Numbered from the stretch's first letter, positions 27,202-38,296 are shown. The stretch is DNA of 64,000 bases from Bdellovibrionales bacterium (GCA_964230645.1 CAXRHT010000002.1:1696001-1760000); one strand, 5' to 3'. Made by a program: numbers and translations. Notes: a model not told the origin generated them from the letters alone.

Positions 27202-29079
27202 ATGGCCATTAAGCAATTGACCGAGCAGCAGATCCGCGAGTGGACTCTTGAACAAAAAGACCAGTGGTGGCTCGATAATGTTTATCGTGGAAATATGCGC
27301 CAGCTTACTGTGCGCTCGGCAATCACTGGAGCACTACTGGGCTCGGTACTGAGCCTCACAAACCTTTACATCGGTATTAAAACAGGCTGGACACTGGGAG
27401 TGGGAATCACTTCAGTGATTCTATCTTTTGCTGTTTTTAAAATTCTATCAAGCCTCAAGCTCGGTGACGAAATGACCGTGCTTGAAAACAATGCCATGCA
27501 AAGTATTGCAACAAGTGCAGGATATATGACCTCACCTCTTATGGCGTCTCTTCCCGCCTATATGATGGTTACAGGACGTGTGATCCCAATGTGGGAAGCT
27601 TATTGGTGGATGGTGGTCCTTGGACTTCTTGGAGCCCTTTTCGCTTTTCCGCTTAAAAAACGCTACATCAACGATGAGCAACTCCCCTTCCCCGAAGGCT
27701 ACGCCGCCGGAGTGGTGCTTGAAAACCTCCATGAATCTGACGGTAAAGAGGGAATGATGAAAGCCAAGATCTTGGGACTTGGAGCGGGTGTCGCGGCACT
27801 CATAGAATTCCTTAGAACCGAAGCCGTGCTCGCTAAAATGGGATTGAAGTTTTTAGCACTCCCCGCTCACTGGGATGATTTCATTTATAAATTTGCCACA
27901 CCAAAAATTGGAGGCATTCCCCTAAGAGAACTTACCATTAGCCTTGATACCTCGATCGTCATGATGGGTACCGGAATGCTGATGAGTATCCGAGCCACTG
28001 GATCAATGCTCATTGGAGCCATTCTCAACTATTTTATTTTGGCTCCTATTATGATTAACCGCGGAGTGATTGAAGGCACTGGTTTTAAAAATATCACAAT
28101 GTGGGCCCTTTGGGGTGGGGCTGCGATGATGACCTCAGCTTCTCTATATTCTTTCTTTGCTTCGGGAAACACCTTCTCAAGTATTCTGGAGCTTTTTAAT
28201 CGTAAAAAAGAAAAGAAAGTAAAAAAGAAAGACATCCTTGAGGATATCGAACTTCCACGAAAAGTGTCTTACATTGGTGTACCTATTCTTTCCATCATCA
28301 TTATGTTTATGGGTAAAGCTTTCTTTGATATTGATTACTGGCTCTCGGCCGTCGCTATTCCTCTTGTCTTTATGTTCTGTATTATGGCCGTAAAGTCCAC
28401 AGGGGTGACAGCGATTACTCCCGGTGGCGCTCTCGGGAAAATGACTCAGGTCACATACGCCCTTTTAGCTCCCGGCAATATGGGAACGAACCTCATTAGT
28501 GCAGGAATCACCAGCGAAGTTTGCCTAAGTGCCTCAAACCTTCTGATGGATATAAAGCCTGCCTATATGCTCGGAGGAAAACCTCGTCACCAGGCGATTG
28601 GTCATGCCATTGGTATTTTTTGTGGAGGCCTTGTCGCAGTTCCCGTTTTTTATATGATGTTTGATGGCGACATTTCTAAATTCTCTACCGAACAATTCCC
28701 CATGCCAGGGGCGACTGTTTGGCGTGCCGTGGCTGAGGTGTTATCAAAAGGATTAACCGCCCTTCACCCAACAGCCCAGGTCGCTGTGATTATTGGAGCG
28801 GTGGCTGGTATTGTTTTTGAAATTTTGGGTAAAAAAACCAACGGACGCTTTCCCATTGTCCCGGTAGCTTTTGGAATTTCCTTTGTATTACCATTTCATA
28901 TTTCACTTGAGTTTTTTATTGGCTCTTTTATCTTTTGGCTCATGTCTCGTCGTCCTCAAGAAAAGAGAACCCCACGCTTTACCAGAGCATTTGATAATAA
29001 AGAAACCATTGGTGCGGGAATTATCGCTGGTGGTTCGATTGTAGGAATCGCGCTTCTGATTGCTGAAACTTCAATGTAA
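27202..29079 (+). CDS. OPT family oligopeptide transporter
   Basis: QLTVRS, NLYIGIKTGW, ENNAMQSIATSAG, LPFPEG; many TM helices. Confidence 0.92.
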   Translation: MAIKQLTEQQIREWTLEQKDQWWLDNVYRGNMRQLTVRSAITGALLGSVLSLTNLYIGIKTGWTLGVGITSVILSFAVFKILSSLKLGDEMTVLENNAMQSIATSAGYMTSPLMASLPAYMMVTGRVIPMWEAYWWMVVLGLLGALFAFPLKKRYINDEQLPFPEGYAAGVVLENLHESDGKEGMMKAKILGLGAGVAALIEFLRTEAVLAKMGLKFLALPAHWDDFIYKFATPKIGGIPLRELTISLDTSIVMMGTGMLMSIRATGSMLIGAILNYFILAPIMINRGVIEGTGFKNITMWALWGGAAMMTSASLYSFFASGNTFSSILELFNRKKEKKVKKKDILEDIELPRKVSYIGVPILSIIIMFMGKAFFDIDYWLSAVAIPLVFMFCIMAVKSTGVTAITPGGALGKMTQVTYALLAPGNMGTNLISAGITSEVCLSASNLLMDIKPAYMLGGKPRHQAIGHAIGIFCGGLVAVPVFYMMFDGDISKFSTEQFPMPGATVWRAVAEVLSKGLTALHPTAQVAVIIGAVAGIVFEILGKKTNGRFPIVPVAFGISFVLPFHISLEFFIGSFIFWLMSRRPQEKRTPRFTRAFDNKETIGAGIIAGGSIVGIALLIAETSM

Positions 29080-29084
29080 AAAAG

Positions 29085-29111
29085 AAAGCCCCAGAGATTC
29101 TCTGAGGCTTT
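29085..29111. terminator. Putative bidirectional terminator between convergent genes
   Basis: AAAGCCCCAGAG / CTCTGAGGCTTT stem flanked by A/T runs. Confidence 0.65.
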
Positions 29112-29167
29112 AGTAAAAACTCTTACCCTGACAATAAAAGCTTTTCTCTTAATGGTGAAACTAAGAA

Positions 29168-29617
29168 TTACTTAGTTTCCGCTGCAGCCGTTTGAACAGG
29201 CTTTTTAGCTTCTTCTTTTTTGTCTTTGTTTTTTTGAAGCTTTTCAATGTTAGTTCCATCTATACATTTGTATCCAGAACCTTCAATGTTGCTTCGAATG
29301 TTTGAGAAAGCGTCATCACAAATAGAAGGTGTGCTTTCAGCCCACGCCACTTGCTTTTGGTCTCCAAATTTAGTGTAGCTAACTTCACAACGCTTTGACT
29401 CTTTATCTAAAGTCACAGTTCTTTTGTCTTTTCCGACAAGGCATGTGTATGTTTTAGACTTGGCTTGCTTGTCTGCTTCTTTTTTCTCTGCTTTTTTATC
29501 TACTTTCTTTTCCACTTTAGCCGATTTTGCTTCACCTTTATCAACAGCGGCCTGTTTGTGGGCACAAGCTGTAAAACCAAGAAAACCTACTAGAATAACA
29601 ATTGAACTGAATCTCAT
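29168..29617 (-). CDS. Hypothetical Lys-rich lipoprotein with a 4-Cys domain
   Basis: Lipobox FTAC; AGGAG RBS; YTC...RCEVSYTK...ICD...GYKC. Confidence 0.75.
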   Translation of the reverse strand: MRFSSIVILVGFLGFTACAHKQAAVDKGEAKSAKVEKKVDKKAEKKEADKQAKSKTYTCLVGKDKRTVTLDKESKRCEVSYTKFGDQKQVAWAESTPSICDDAFSNIRSNIEGSGYKCIDGTNIEKLQKNKDKKEEAKKPVQTAAAETK

Positions 29618-29688
29618 TGAACTTTCTCCTTTGTAAAAAATATGAATCCTTAAAATTTGTGAGTTGCCTCACTTCAGCGTCTTAAGGA

Positions 29689-29703
29689 GCAGATTCTGTG
29701 CCA
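29689..29703 (-). promoter_or_regulatory. Putative sigma54 promoter
   Basis: Minus strand TGGCACAGAATCTGC (GG-N10-GC), about 70 nt upstream of the lipoprotein gene. Confidence 0.6.
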
Positions 29704-29892
29704 GCTCATCTGCAAATAAATTGGCCCAGACTGAGAGACTGACAAAACACGCAAAGGCCGTGTAAAGAACTTGGACGTTTCACTTTGATAAAATATTGCT
29801 GATTTACCAATAGTTTAGAAATGATAGGAGTGATAAAAGGACTAAACTTGCTAATAATTAGCAACTTTTAGAAAGGCAACTAAGGATAAAGC

Positions 29893-30492
29893 TTATTTTT
29901 TCCGAAAGACCAGCAGACGGTTGTTTGAGGGCATTTCGTGATCTTTCACTAGCTTGAAATTTCGTTTCTCAAGCTCGGATTCCACTTTCTCAAAGTCTTT
30001 GATCCCACTTTCAGGATCTCTTTCCTTGAGCCACTCCTCAAACTTCTTATTACTCTCTGAGGAGAAGTCCCCATTATAATTGAAAGCACCGTAAGCCATA
30101 AATAAGCCACCTGATGGAAGAGCTTTCTCAATGTCATCAAAAAATTGTAGGTCTTTTTCCCAGGAAACAATATGAAGAGTGTTTGAGGTGAAAATCACAT
30201 CACAATCAGTAATGGGCCATTCGGTCTCACCGATTGAGTACTCAATAGGCCCTTTGACGTTGGCTCTTGGAAAATCGTGCAACCAAGTCTTAATACCCTC
30301 GTGCCGGTCCGTCTGATCAAGTAGATACCACTCAAGTTCTGGAAAATGGGGCGCCATATAGATTGCGTGCTGACCGGTACCCGCACCCATTTCCACTAAT
30401 TTTTTGTGGTCCATTAGATACTCTTTGAGCACTTCAAGAATGGGAGCTGAATTTCGATCACAAGAGATAGCATATGGTTTTTCAGGTATCAT
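29893..30492 (-). CDS. DUF938 family SAM-dependent methyltransferase
   Basis: EMGAGTGQH, NTLHIVSW, YGAFNYNG, EMPSNN. Confidence 0.88.
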   Translation of the reverse strand: MIPEKPYAISCDRNSAPILEVLKEYLMDHKKLVEMGAGTGQHAIYMAPHFPELEWYLLDQTDRHEGIKTWLHDFPRANVKGPIEYSIGETEWPITDCDVIFTSNTLHIVSWEKDLQFFDDIEKALPSGGLFMAYGAFNYNGDFSSESNKKFEEWLKERDPESGIKDFEKVESELEKRNFKLVKDHEMPSNNRLLVFRKK

Positions 30493-30571
30493 GAGAAAAT
30501 AGCTAACTAAATTCTCCCTAGATTTCAAGGAATCGTTTGACTCATATCCCCCCGACCTTTTTAATGACCCC

Positions 30572-30952
30572 ATGGCTACTGTTGAGATTACCAAAGACAA
30601 TTTTAGAAAAACCTATGAGGAAAATGACATTGTCATCCTCGATTTCTGGGCCTCCTGGTGTGGTCCTTGTATGAACTTTATTCCCGTCTACGAGAAAGTC
30701 TCAGAGGATTTTCCTGAAATCGTTTTTGGTAAAATTGATACCGAGATGGAAAAAGAACTGGCTCAACATTTCTCGATCCGCAGTATTCCGACCATTATGG
30801 TGATTCGTGGTGGCTACGAGGTTTTCTATCAGCCAGGAGCCCTATACGAAGAGCACCTTAGAGAGCTTATCCAAAAAGTTCAGGATCTTGATATGGATGA
30901 GGTCATAAAAAAGCTCGAGGCCCAAGATGCCGAAGATTCAGAATCAAAATAA
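30572..30952 (+). CDS. Thioredoxin
   Basis: WASWCGPC, IRSIPT. Confidence 0.93.
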   Translation: MATVEITKDNFRKTYEENDIVILDFWASWCGPCMNFIPVYEKVSEDFPEIVFGKIDTEMEKELAQHFSIRSIPTIMVIRGGYEVFYQPGALYEEHLRELIQKVQDLDMDEVIKKLEAQDAEDSESK

Positions 30953-30970
30953 ATCAAGAAACCTTCTTCA

Positions 30971-32125
30971 TTAATCTAAACACAAATGCACAAACTTCAA
31001 ATACCGAAGTTCGTCACAAAAATGGGGGAAGGGATGATCGGGACCCTGACCTGAAACTCTTAAGATTCTTCCGGTCAAACGGGCTTGAGACAGGGCTTCG
31101 CTTATGATCTCTAAAAAATCGTTGAAAGAAATATGACTTGAGCAGCTTGAAAACACCAACTGCCCCTGAGGGGAAACCAGTTGGGAAGCCTTAGCGAAAA
31201 GATCCACATAGGATTTAACAGCACTTTTTTTATTTTTCTCCGAGTGGGTCATGGACGGAGGATCGACAATCACGATGTCCCAGGACTCAGTGGTTTCTCT
31301 AACAAAATCAAACACATCACAGGCTTTGGAAGAATGTCCTTTTGAATCTCCAAAAGTTTCAAGCCAGGATTCATTGGCTAATTCCAGGGCCTCTTTTGCT
31401 AAATCCACACTCAGAGTCTCTTTAGCTCCTCCAGCTCCTGCATAAAGGGAGAAGCCTCCGGTATAAGAGAACAAATTCAAGACGGTTTTATTTCGGCTCA
31501 AAGACTGGATGTATTTTCTATTTTCCCTTTGATCAAAAAAGAAGCCCGTTTTCTGCCCGTCGACAATGTTCACAAAGAAGGAATGCCCGTTTTCTTTAAT
31601 CAAAAGCTTTTCACTCTCAAGCTCTTTCCCCCATGTGCGTGGCTTTTTATCCTCGGACCTTCGGGGTTTAAAATAAACGGTATCGACATCAGTGTTTTCA
31701 ATGAGCCACTCGGCAATGAAATCCTGATCCCAAAACTCAAAACTACCCTCACCATCAAACTGTAAAACGGCCACTCGGTCGTAGAGATCGCACACAAGAC
31801 CCGGTAGACGATCCCCTTCGCCATTAAACAGCCGGTAGGAGTTGGTATCATCGGCATTAATAAAAGCTCGTCTTAAAGAGAAGGCCTGCCTCATGCGGGT
31901 TTCAAAAAAGTGCTTATTGGGTGGCTTTTTTTTGGTGGACAGAATACGAACAGCCAGTGGACTTTTGGCATCATAAAAGCCCCAGGCGAGAAATTGCCCC
32001 TTTTTATCCAGGAGTTCACACATTTGGGTGTTGCCTTTGGCTTTTTCCAGAGCTTCTCTATAGATCCAGGGATGGCCTCTGAGGACGTTCTTTCGCAAAT
32101 CGCGCTTTAATCGTAGCTTCAACAT
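30971..32125 (-). CDS. rlmI: 23S rRNA m5C methyltransferase, RlmI-like
   Basis: GHPWIY PUA, EGDRLPGL, GQKTGFFFDQRENR, LFSYTGGF, VDPPS. Confidence 0.8.
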   Translation of the reverse strand: MLKLRLKRDLRKNVLRGHPWIYREALEKAKGNTQMCELLDKKGQFLAWGFYDAKSPLAVRILSTKKKPPNKHFFETRMRQAFSLRRAFINADDTNSYRLFNGEGDRLPGLVCDLYDRVAVLQFDGEGSFEFWDQDFIAEWLIENTDVDTVYFKPRRSEDKKPRTWGKELESEKLLIKENGHSFFVNIVDGQKTGFFFDQRENRKYIQSLSRNKTVLNLFSYTGGFSLYAGAGGAKETLSVDLAKEALELANESWLETFGDSKGHSSKACDVFDFVRETTESWDIVIVDPPSMTHSEKNKKSAVKSYVDLFAKASQLVSPQGQLVFSSCSSHISFNDFLEIISEALSQARLTGRILRVSGQGPDHPFPHFCDELRYLKFVHLCLD

Positions 32126-32219
32126 AGCTCACTTCCTATCTTCAACCCCTTGGGAAGTCAAAAAAGGTCTTGAGACCCTGGCTTTCTTTTCAATCTTGAT
32201 TGCAGTATACAAAGAGGGG

Positions 32220-32618
32220 ATGGAAGAAAGCCAAGCGATTCTCTTTTTTGATGGACACTGTAATCTGTGTAACAGCACGGTGGACTTTCTGATTCAAAGA
32301 GATCCCGAAATTCGCCTGAAATTTGCTCCCTTACAAGGAGAAACAGCCAAGAAATGTCTGGACTCGGAGCTAATCCAGTCTCAAGGCACCGTCGTATTTT
32401 GGCGAGAGGGACACACTTATTTGCGTTCAAAAGCGATATTTAAGGTGGCTCATCTATTGGGTGGCTCTTTAAGTCTGATTTTGCCTTTTCAAATTCTTCC
32501 CCGCTTTATCACAGACGCCGGTTATCGGTTGGTGGCAAAGTACCGCTACCGAATTTTTGGTAAAAAAGACACCTGCCGGGTCCCGACCGAAAAAGAGAGA
32601 AAACACTTCCTCCCCTAA
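32220..32618 (+). CDS. DCC1-like thiol-disulfide oxidoreductase (DUF393)
   Basis: FDGHCNLC, FAPLQG, YRIFGK. Confidence 0.9.
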   Translation: MEESQAILFFDGHCNLCNSTVDFLIQRDPEIRLKFAPLQGETAKKCLDSELIQSQGTVVFWREGHTYLRSKAIFKVAHLLGGSLSLILPFQILPRFITDAGYRLVAKYRYRIFGKKDTCRVPTEKERKHFLP

Positions 32619-32788
32619 CCAGAGAAATTCGGCGTCAAATCACCTTTCAAATAGCTTTAATCGGCCTCTATCCTCATTCTAACCAAAATAAAAAATATCT
32701 TTTGGAATATTTAGGTCTAATTTCGGTAACAGGTGTGGACAAGTGTATGAAAGCTGTTTAAATTGATCTTTTTTCAAGGAAATAACTC

Positions 32789-34594
32789 ATGTCTGTACCT
32801 ATTCGTAATATCGCTATCATTGCTCACGTTGACCATGGAAAAACCACTCTCGTGGATCACCTTCTCAAACAAAGCGGAACCTTTCGTGAAAATGCGGAAG
32901 TGGATGAACGCTTCATGGATAGTATGGACCTTGAAAGAGAGCGTGGAATCACGATTGCCGCTAAAAACGCCTCTTTTATGTATAAAGATATCAAAGTAAA
33001 TATTGTAGATACCCCCGGGCACAGTGACTTCGGTGGAGAGGTCGAAAGAATCCTCGATATGGTCGATGGAGCGATCCTTTTGGTGGATGCCAGTGAAGGT
33101 CCTCTACCACAGACCCGTTTTGTGCTTGAAAAGGCTCTTAAGAAAAATATCAAGATTCTTGTTTGTATTAATAAAATTGATCGCCCTGACGCTCGAATTG
33201 ATGAAGTTCATAACGAAATTTTTGACCTCTTTATTGATCTTGATGCCACAGAAGAGCAAGCCGACTTTGACACCCTCTACGCCATTGGTAAAGACGGGAT
33301 GGCGACTGAAGATCCTGAAAAACCAACGGAAAACTTAGAAGTTCTTTACGACTGGATCGTTGAAAAAATCCCGGCTCCAGAAGCAACAGTCGATGGTCCA
33401 CTGCAACTGCTTGTCGCCAATATCGACTACGACGATTACGTGGGCCGACTCGCTATCGGAAGAATTCGCTCAGGCTCTATTAAAGTAGGCCAAGAAATTA
33501 TGGTGTGTCAGGAAAACGCCAATAAAAAAATTAAAGTCAGTGCCCTCTTTAAATACCAAGCCAGCCAGAAAGTAAAAACCGATGAGCTTTTTGCAGGAGA
33601 CATCGCCATTGTCGCTGGTTTTGAAGAAATCTTTATTGGGGACACTCTCACGGAAGTTAATAACCCTCAGCCTCTTGAAAGACTCAAAGTCGATGAGCCC
33701 ACAGTCGCCGTGATCGTATCGGTGAACGATGGGCCTTTTGCAGGACTTGAAGGAAAACAGGTGACCAGTCGAAAGATTAAAGAGCGTCTTGAAAGAGAAC
33801 TTCTTTTTAATGTCGCCATCCGTGTCGAAGACACAGAATCACCAGAGAGCTTTAAAGTCCTAGGCCGTGGAGAGCTTCAACTTTCAGTCCTTTTTGAACA
33901 AATGCGCCGGGAAGGATTTGAACTCCTTGTCAGCAAACCTCAAGTTCTTATGCACAAAGAAGATGGCGTCCTAAAAGAGCCAATGGAAATGGCTGTTATC
34001 GATGTTGAGCAGGATTACGTAGGTGCTGTTACAGAAAAAATGGGACTTCGAAAAGGAGTTCTTTTAAATATTGATAACAAAGGCTCTGGAAGAACTCGTA
34101 TTGAATTCCGCATTCCGGCCCGTGGCCTCATTGGTTATCGTTCAGAGTTTCTTACTGACACCAGAGGTACAGGCCTTCTCAATACTTATTTTGATGGATT
34201 CGATGACTACCGAGGTGAAATCGAAGGGCGAAGAAGTGGAGCGATTATTTCAGACCGTAAAGGTGTTGCCACAGCTTATGCTATTTTTGGCCTAGAAGAC
34301 CGCGGAAGCATGTTTATTCAAAATGGTACCAAAGTTTATATGGGAATGATTATTGGGGAAGCTAATAAAGCAACAGACCTTAACGTGAATATTTGTCGCG
34401 AGAAAAAGCTCACCAACGTTCGAGCCTCTGGAAACGATGAAGGCATTAAACTCACTCCCCCAAGAAAGCTCTCCCTTGAAGCCGCTCTTGAGTGGGTTAA
34501 AGACAATGAGCTTATCGAGATCACTCCGCAAAACATACGCTTAAGATGTCGCGAGCTCGACCCCAATAAGCGTAAGGTTAAAAAGGAAAAGTAA
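32789..34594 (+). CDS. typA: Translational GTPase TypA/BipA
   Basis: AHVDHGKTT, DTPGHSDFGGEVER, GRGELQL, KKLTNVRASG. Confidence 0.97.
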   Translation: MSVPIRNIAIIAHVDHGKTTLVDHLLKQSGTFRENAEVDERFMDSMDLERERGITIAAKNASFMYKDIKVNIVDTPGHSDFGGEVERILDMVDGAILLVDASEGPLPQTRFVLEKALKKNIKILVCINKIDRPDARIDEVHNEIFDLFIDLDATEEQADFDTLYAIGKDGMATEDPEKPTENLEVLYDWIVEKIPAPEATVDGPLQLLVANIDYDDYVGRLAIGRIRSGSIKVGQEIMVCQENANKKIKVSALFKYQASQKVKTDELFAGDIAIVAGFEEIFIGDTLTEVNNPQPLERLKVDEPTVAVIVSVNDGPFAGLEGKQVTSRKIKERLERELLFNVAIRVEDTESPESFKVLGRGELQLSVLFEQMRREGFELLVSKPQVLMHKEDGVLKEPMEMAVIDVEQDYVGAVTEKMGLRKGVLLNIDNKGSGRTRIEFRIPARGLIGYRSEFLTDTRGTGLLNTYFDGFDDYRGEIEGRRSGAIISDRKGVATAYAIFGLEDRGSMFIQNGTKVYMGMIIGEANKATDLNVNICREKKLTNVRASGNDEGIKLTPPRKLSLEAALEWVKDNELIEITPQNIRLRCRELDPNKRKVKKEK

Positions 34595-34600
34595 GCAATC

Positions 34601-34754
34601 TGTCATTCTGAGCGAAGCGAAGAATCTTCCCGCGCTAGAATGTCAGTTAGGCCTGCTTTCGAGTGACCCGGGCTAAGATCCTTCGGCTACGCCTCAGGAT
34701 GACAAAACACCCTACGCCTCAGGATGACGAAACGCCCTATGCCTCAGGATGACA
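34601..34754. repeat. REP-like palindrome locus C: arms around a ~48-nt insert plus 25-nt tandem arm copies
   Basis: TGTCATTCTGAGCGAAGCGAAGAATCT (34601-34627) ... AGATCCTTCGGCTACGCCTCAGGATGACA (34676-34704); CTAYGCCTCAGGATGAC at 34687, 34712, 34737. Confidence 0.92.
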
Positions 34755-34765
34755 ATTGTCGGATT

Positions 34766-35374
34766 TCACAGTTCTTCGAGATCAAGACCTTCAAGGGAGC
34801 CTTGTTTGACTTTATTATAGTACTCTTGGCGAGCCTGATTGAGCCTTTGATTAAGACCATCAACCTCATCAAGATACTGAGTGAGTTTTGTTTTAAAATC
34901 ACCATTTAAAACTTCTTGAATGGAAGAAATCTCAGCACCTAATTTTTTGATCTGTGTGTTTCTGGCTTCAATAAATTCGGCTTCCGCTAAAAGACCTCCA
35001 AACACAGAGTTTTCTTTTAAGTTCACAACCGTTTCTTTTAATTTAGTATTCTTATCGGTGAGTTCTTGGTTGGATTGGCTGAGCTCTTTAATCTGCTGAT
35101 TTTTATCGTCGATAATATTTTTGAGTTGTTTCTCCCCTTCTTTTAAAGAAGCGATATCAAACCTTAGCTGTTCTTTTTCCTCTTTTAACTTATCAAACTT
35201 CGATTGCAGAACAGAGAGTTTAGCTTTGGACTGATTGTGAGCAATGGTTCTTTGATTGAGGAAAAATTCCAACTCCGCAATAAAGGACTTCATTTCTCGG
35301 TGCATTTTAAATGTGAGAAAAATTAAGCCTGCAAAGGCGGCTGCAAAAATATAAATGAAAGTTGTCATATCCAC
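34766..35374 (-). CDS. Hypothetical membrane-anchored coiled-coil protein
   Basis: N-terminal TM helix followed by heptad-rich sequence; AAGGAG RBS before GTG. Confidence 0.7.
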   Translation of the reverse strand: MDMTTFIYIFAAAFAGLIFLTFKMHREMKSFIAELEFFLNQRTIAHNQSKAKLSVLQSKFDKLKEEKEQLRFDIASLKEGEKQLKNIIDDKNQQIKELSQSNQELTDKNTKLKETVVNLKENSVFGGLLAEAEFIEARNTQIKKLGAEISSIQEVLNGDFKTKLTQYLDEVDGLNQRLNQARQEYYNKVKQGSLEGLDLEEL

Positions 35375-35672
35375 GGACTCACTCCTTCTTTTCCAAAGAC
35401 TTCCGTCTTTAATCCTTTTCTTCTTCTATCTGCTAATCGGTTTCCTCCTATTCTAGTTTTAGCCCTTGGGCTGAAATCCGCCTTTTCGTCGGGTTAAAAA
35501 GCCGCTAAAATCGATAACTTGTAAGATCTGTGAGGCTTAGGTCCTCCTTTAGTCCTCTCAGTTCTCCACTTTCCAAAACTCTTGACGCCTGCCCAAGACT
35601 AACGCATAGCAAGTCCTGTTGTGGAAAAACCACTTCTGTTGGTAGTTTTATGCAATCACTTTAGGGGGAAAT

Positions 35673-37640
35673 ATGAAATCAACGACCATTCAACCCAACA
35701 AAGAATTTTCAGATAAAGCCCACATTTCATCTATGGATGAGTATAACAAACTCTATGACCAATCCGTTGAAAACCCTGCCGAGTTTTGGGCCAAGATCGC
35801 TCGCGAGAATTTTTACTGGGAAAAAGATTTCGAAGAAATTCTTGATTTCAATTATGACCGTAACAAGGGCCCTATTAAAATTGAATGGTTCAAGGGTGGT
35901 AAAACCAACCTTTCTTACAATTGCATTGACCGACATTTAAAAGATCACGCCGATCGAACGGCTCTAATTTTTGAAGGTAACGACCCTAGTGATTCCTACA
36001 AGATGTCTTATAAGGAACTTCATCATGAGGTCTGTAAACTCGCCAATGTTTTAAAAGATCAAGGTGTTAAAAAAGGCGACCGCGTGGCTCTTTATATGCC
36101 AATGGTGAATGAGGCTGTTGTTGCCACTCTGGCTTGCGCAAGAATTGGAGCTGTTCACTCGATTGTGTTTGGTGGTTTCTCCGCTGACTCTTTAGCCGAT
36201 AGAATCCTTGATTCAAAGTGTGAAGTTCTGATCACCGCTGATGGTTGTTTTCGAGGCGAAAAACTCATTCCCACTAAAAAAATCAGTGATAAGGCCATGG
36301 GTATCTGTGAACAGAATGATTTTAAAGTGAAAAGTTGCATTTGCCTGCAAAGGCTTGGAGATCGCTATCCTGAAAAAGTGGAAATGCAAAATGGTCGAGA
36401 CCACTGGTGGCATGACCTGATGGCAAAAGTCACCGATGAGTGCGAGCCAGAGTGGATGGATGCAGAAGATCCTCTTTTTATTCTTTACACTTCAGGCTCG
36501 ACTGGAAAGCCAAAGGGTGTCCTGCATACAACCGGTGGTTATATGGTCTACACCGCCACAACTTTCAAGTTTGTCTTCGACTACCAACCTGACGATGTGT
36601 ACTGGTGTACGGCTGATGTCGGTTGGATTACAGGACATTCTTATATCGCTTATGGCCCTCTAGCCAATTGTGCCACTCAAGTGGTGTTTGAAGGTATCCC
36701 GACTTATCCAGACGCTGGCCGCTTTTGGGAAGTGGTGGATAAACATCAAGTCTCTTTATTTTACACCGCTCCAACAGCCATTCGCGCTATCGCTTGTAAC
36801 GGTGACGATTTGGTCAAAAAACATTCAAGAAAAAGCCTGAGACTTTTGGGATCTGTGGGCGAGCCCATCAATCCGGAAGCTTGGAAGTGGTACTATGAAG
36901 TGGTTGGAGAAAGCCGCTGCCCGATTGTGGATACTTGGTGGCAAACCGAAACCGGTGGAATCTTGTTAACCTCTCTTCCCGGTGCCACTCCAATGAAGCC
37001 AGGATCAGCCACCTTTCCTTTTTTCGGAGGTCAACCAGCACTCCTCGAACCTACAGAAGGGACAGAGTTAAATGGCGCTGCCTCTGGGGTCCTGGCTTTT
37101 AAACACCCATGGCCTGGACAAATGAGATCCGTCTACGGGGATCATGAACGTTTTGAAAAAACCTATTTCGATCAATATAAAGGTTATTATTTTACTGGTG
37201 ACGGCTGCACAAGAGATGAAGACGGCTATTACTGGGTCACGGGGAGAGTGGATGATGTTATGAACATCTCTGGTCACCGCATTGGTACGGCTGAAATTGA
37301 AAGCTCTCTCGTGGCTCACAAAGCAGTGGCTGAGGCGGCCGTCGTTGGGATTCCTCATGAAATCAAAGGTCAAGGGATCTATGCCTATGTGACTTTAAAT
37401 AAGGATTTCGAATATTCGGAAGGTTTGAAAAAAGAGCTCAATGATCATGTTCGTAACGATATAGGCGCTTTTGCCAGTTGTGAAACCATCCATTGGGCAC
37501 CGGAGCTTCCAAAAACTCGCAGTGGTAAAATCATGCGTCGTATTTTAAGAAAAATTGCCACTCATGAAGAAGAGCAACTAGGAGATGTGACCACTCTAGC
37601 CGACCCAACAGTGATCGATCGCCTTTTAGAAAACCGCTAG
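35673..37640 (+). CDS. acs: Acetyl-CoA synthetase
   Basis: [33 protein letters not shown]. Confidence 0.97.
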   Translation: MKSTTIQPNKEFSDKAHISSMDEYNKLYDQSVENPAEFWAKIARENFYWEKDFEEILDFNYDRNKGPIKIEWFKGGKTNLSYNCIDRHLKDHADRTALIFEGNDPSDSYKMSYKELHHEVCKLANVLKDQGVKKGDRVALYMPMVNEAVVATLACARIGAVHSIVFGGFSADSLADRILDSKCEVLITADGCFRGEKLIPTKKISDKAMGICEQNDFKVKSCICLQRLGDRYPEKVEMQNGRDHWWHDLMAKVTDECEPEWMDAEDPLFILYTSGSTGKPKGVLHTTGGYMVYTATTFKFVFDYQPDDVYWCTADVGWITGHSYIAYGPLANCATQVVFEGIPTYPDAGRFWEVVDKHQVSLFYTAPTAIRAIACNGDDLVKKHSRKSLRLLGSVGEPINPEAWKWYYEVVGESRCPIVDTWWQTETGGILLTSLPGATPMKPGSATFPFFGGQPALLEPTEGTELNGAASGVLAFKHPWPGQMRSVYGDHERFEKTYFDQYKGYYFTGDGCTRDEDGYYWVTGRVDDVMNISGHRIGTAEIESSLVAHKAVAEAAVVGIPHEIKGQGIYAYVTLNKDFEYSEGLKKELNDHVRNDIGAFASCETIHWAPELPKTRSGKIMRRILRKIATHEEEQLGDVTTLADPTVIDRLLENR

Positions 37641-38092
37641 TTATTTAAGTACTCCAAGAGATCCCTTGTTTCCCGGCAATAAAGTTCCAATTCCACTTTG
37701 TTGTTTAATGAGGGGTCTCTAAGTTTCGCGAGCTCGCTTAACTGCATTATCGCTCCCCACAGATTTTCCCCCATGTAAACCATACTGGTATAAGCTCTTT
37801 GCTCTTCATGAATCCAAGAGAGAAAAATTGTGCTCCCTTTCATATCAAAGCGCGTTTTTTCAATTTCTTCTGCTTGATAAATAACGACATCGGGTCCCAC
37901 CGCCGGCTTTGAAACTACGTACGACTTCTCTTCTTCTTTATTATAGTAGACATCAACGAAGACCTCTGAGCCTTGCTGAAAATTGGGATCCATTGGATTT
38001 ATGGGAGTGTAGCAGCGAAAGATTTTCTCATAGTCCTGAGCCTGCACTAAACTTGAACATAAAATCAAAGTAGTTACTAAAATAGCTTTCAT
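37637..38092 (-). CDS. Hypothetical secreted protein
   Basis: AGGAG RBS, signal peptide ending VQA, Cys near each end of the mature chain. Confidence 0.7.
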   Translation of the reverse strand: MKAILVTTLILCSSLVQAQDYEKIFRCYTPINPMDPNFQQGSEVFVDVYYNKEEEKSYVVSKPAVGPDVVIYQAEEIEKTRFDMKGSTIFLSWIHEEQRAYTSMVYMGENLWGAIMQLSELAKLRDPSLNNKVELELYCRETRDLLEYLNN

Positions 38093-38132
38093 TGTATATC
38101 TCCTGTTGGACTTCCTAATAGACACATTTTTG

Positions 38133-38296
38133 TTCGTCTCCTTGAGTGACAGCGTCTGTTTGTCATCTTGAGCGATAGCGCCTATTCGTCATCTTGAGCG
38201 ATAGCGAAAGATCTTTCGCTGACGCTCAAGATGACAATTCCCCGCTCAAGATGACATTTCCCCACTCAAGATGACGATTCCCCACTAAAGTTGACA
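38133..38296. repeat. REP-like palindrome locus D: central hairpin with tandem arm copies on both sides
   Basis: Left units with 26-nt period (38133, 38159, 38185); hairpin to 38235; right CTCAAGATGAC copies with 20-nt period ending 38235, 38255, 38275, 38295. Confidence 0.92.

Noticed and set aside
29735..29785. c-di-GMP-I riboswitch (ACGCAAAG-like word)
   Set aside because: Only a short ACACG/CGTGT stem; the GNRA loop/receptor architecture is missing and it is on the wrong strand for the neighbouring gene
38133..38296. CRISPR array (also considered at 15449 and 34687)
   Set aside because: Periods are only 18-26 nt, inter-repeat bases are near-identical rather than unique spacers, and no cas genes are present
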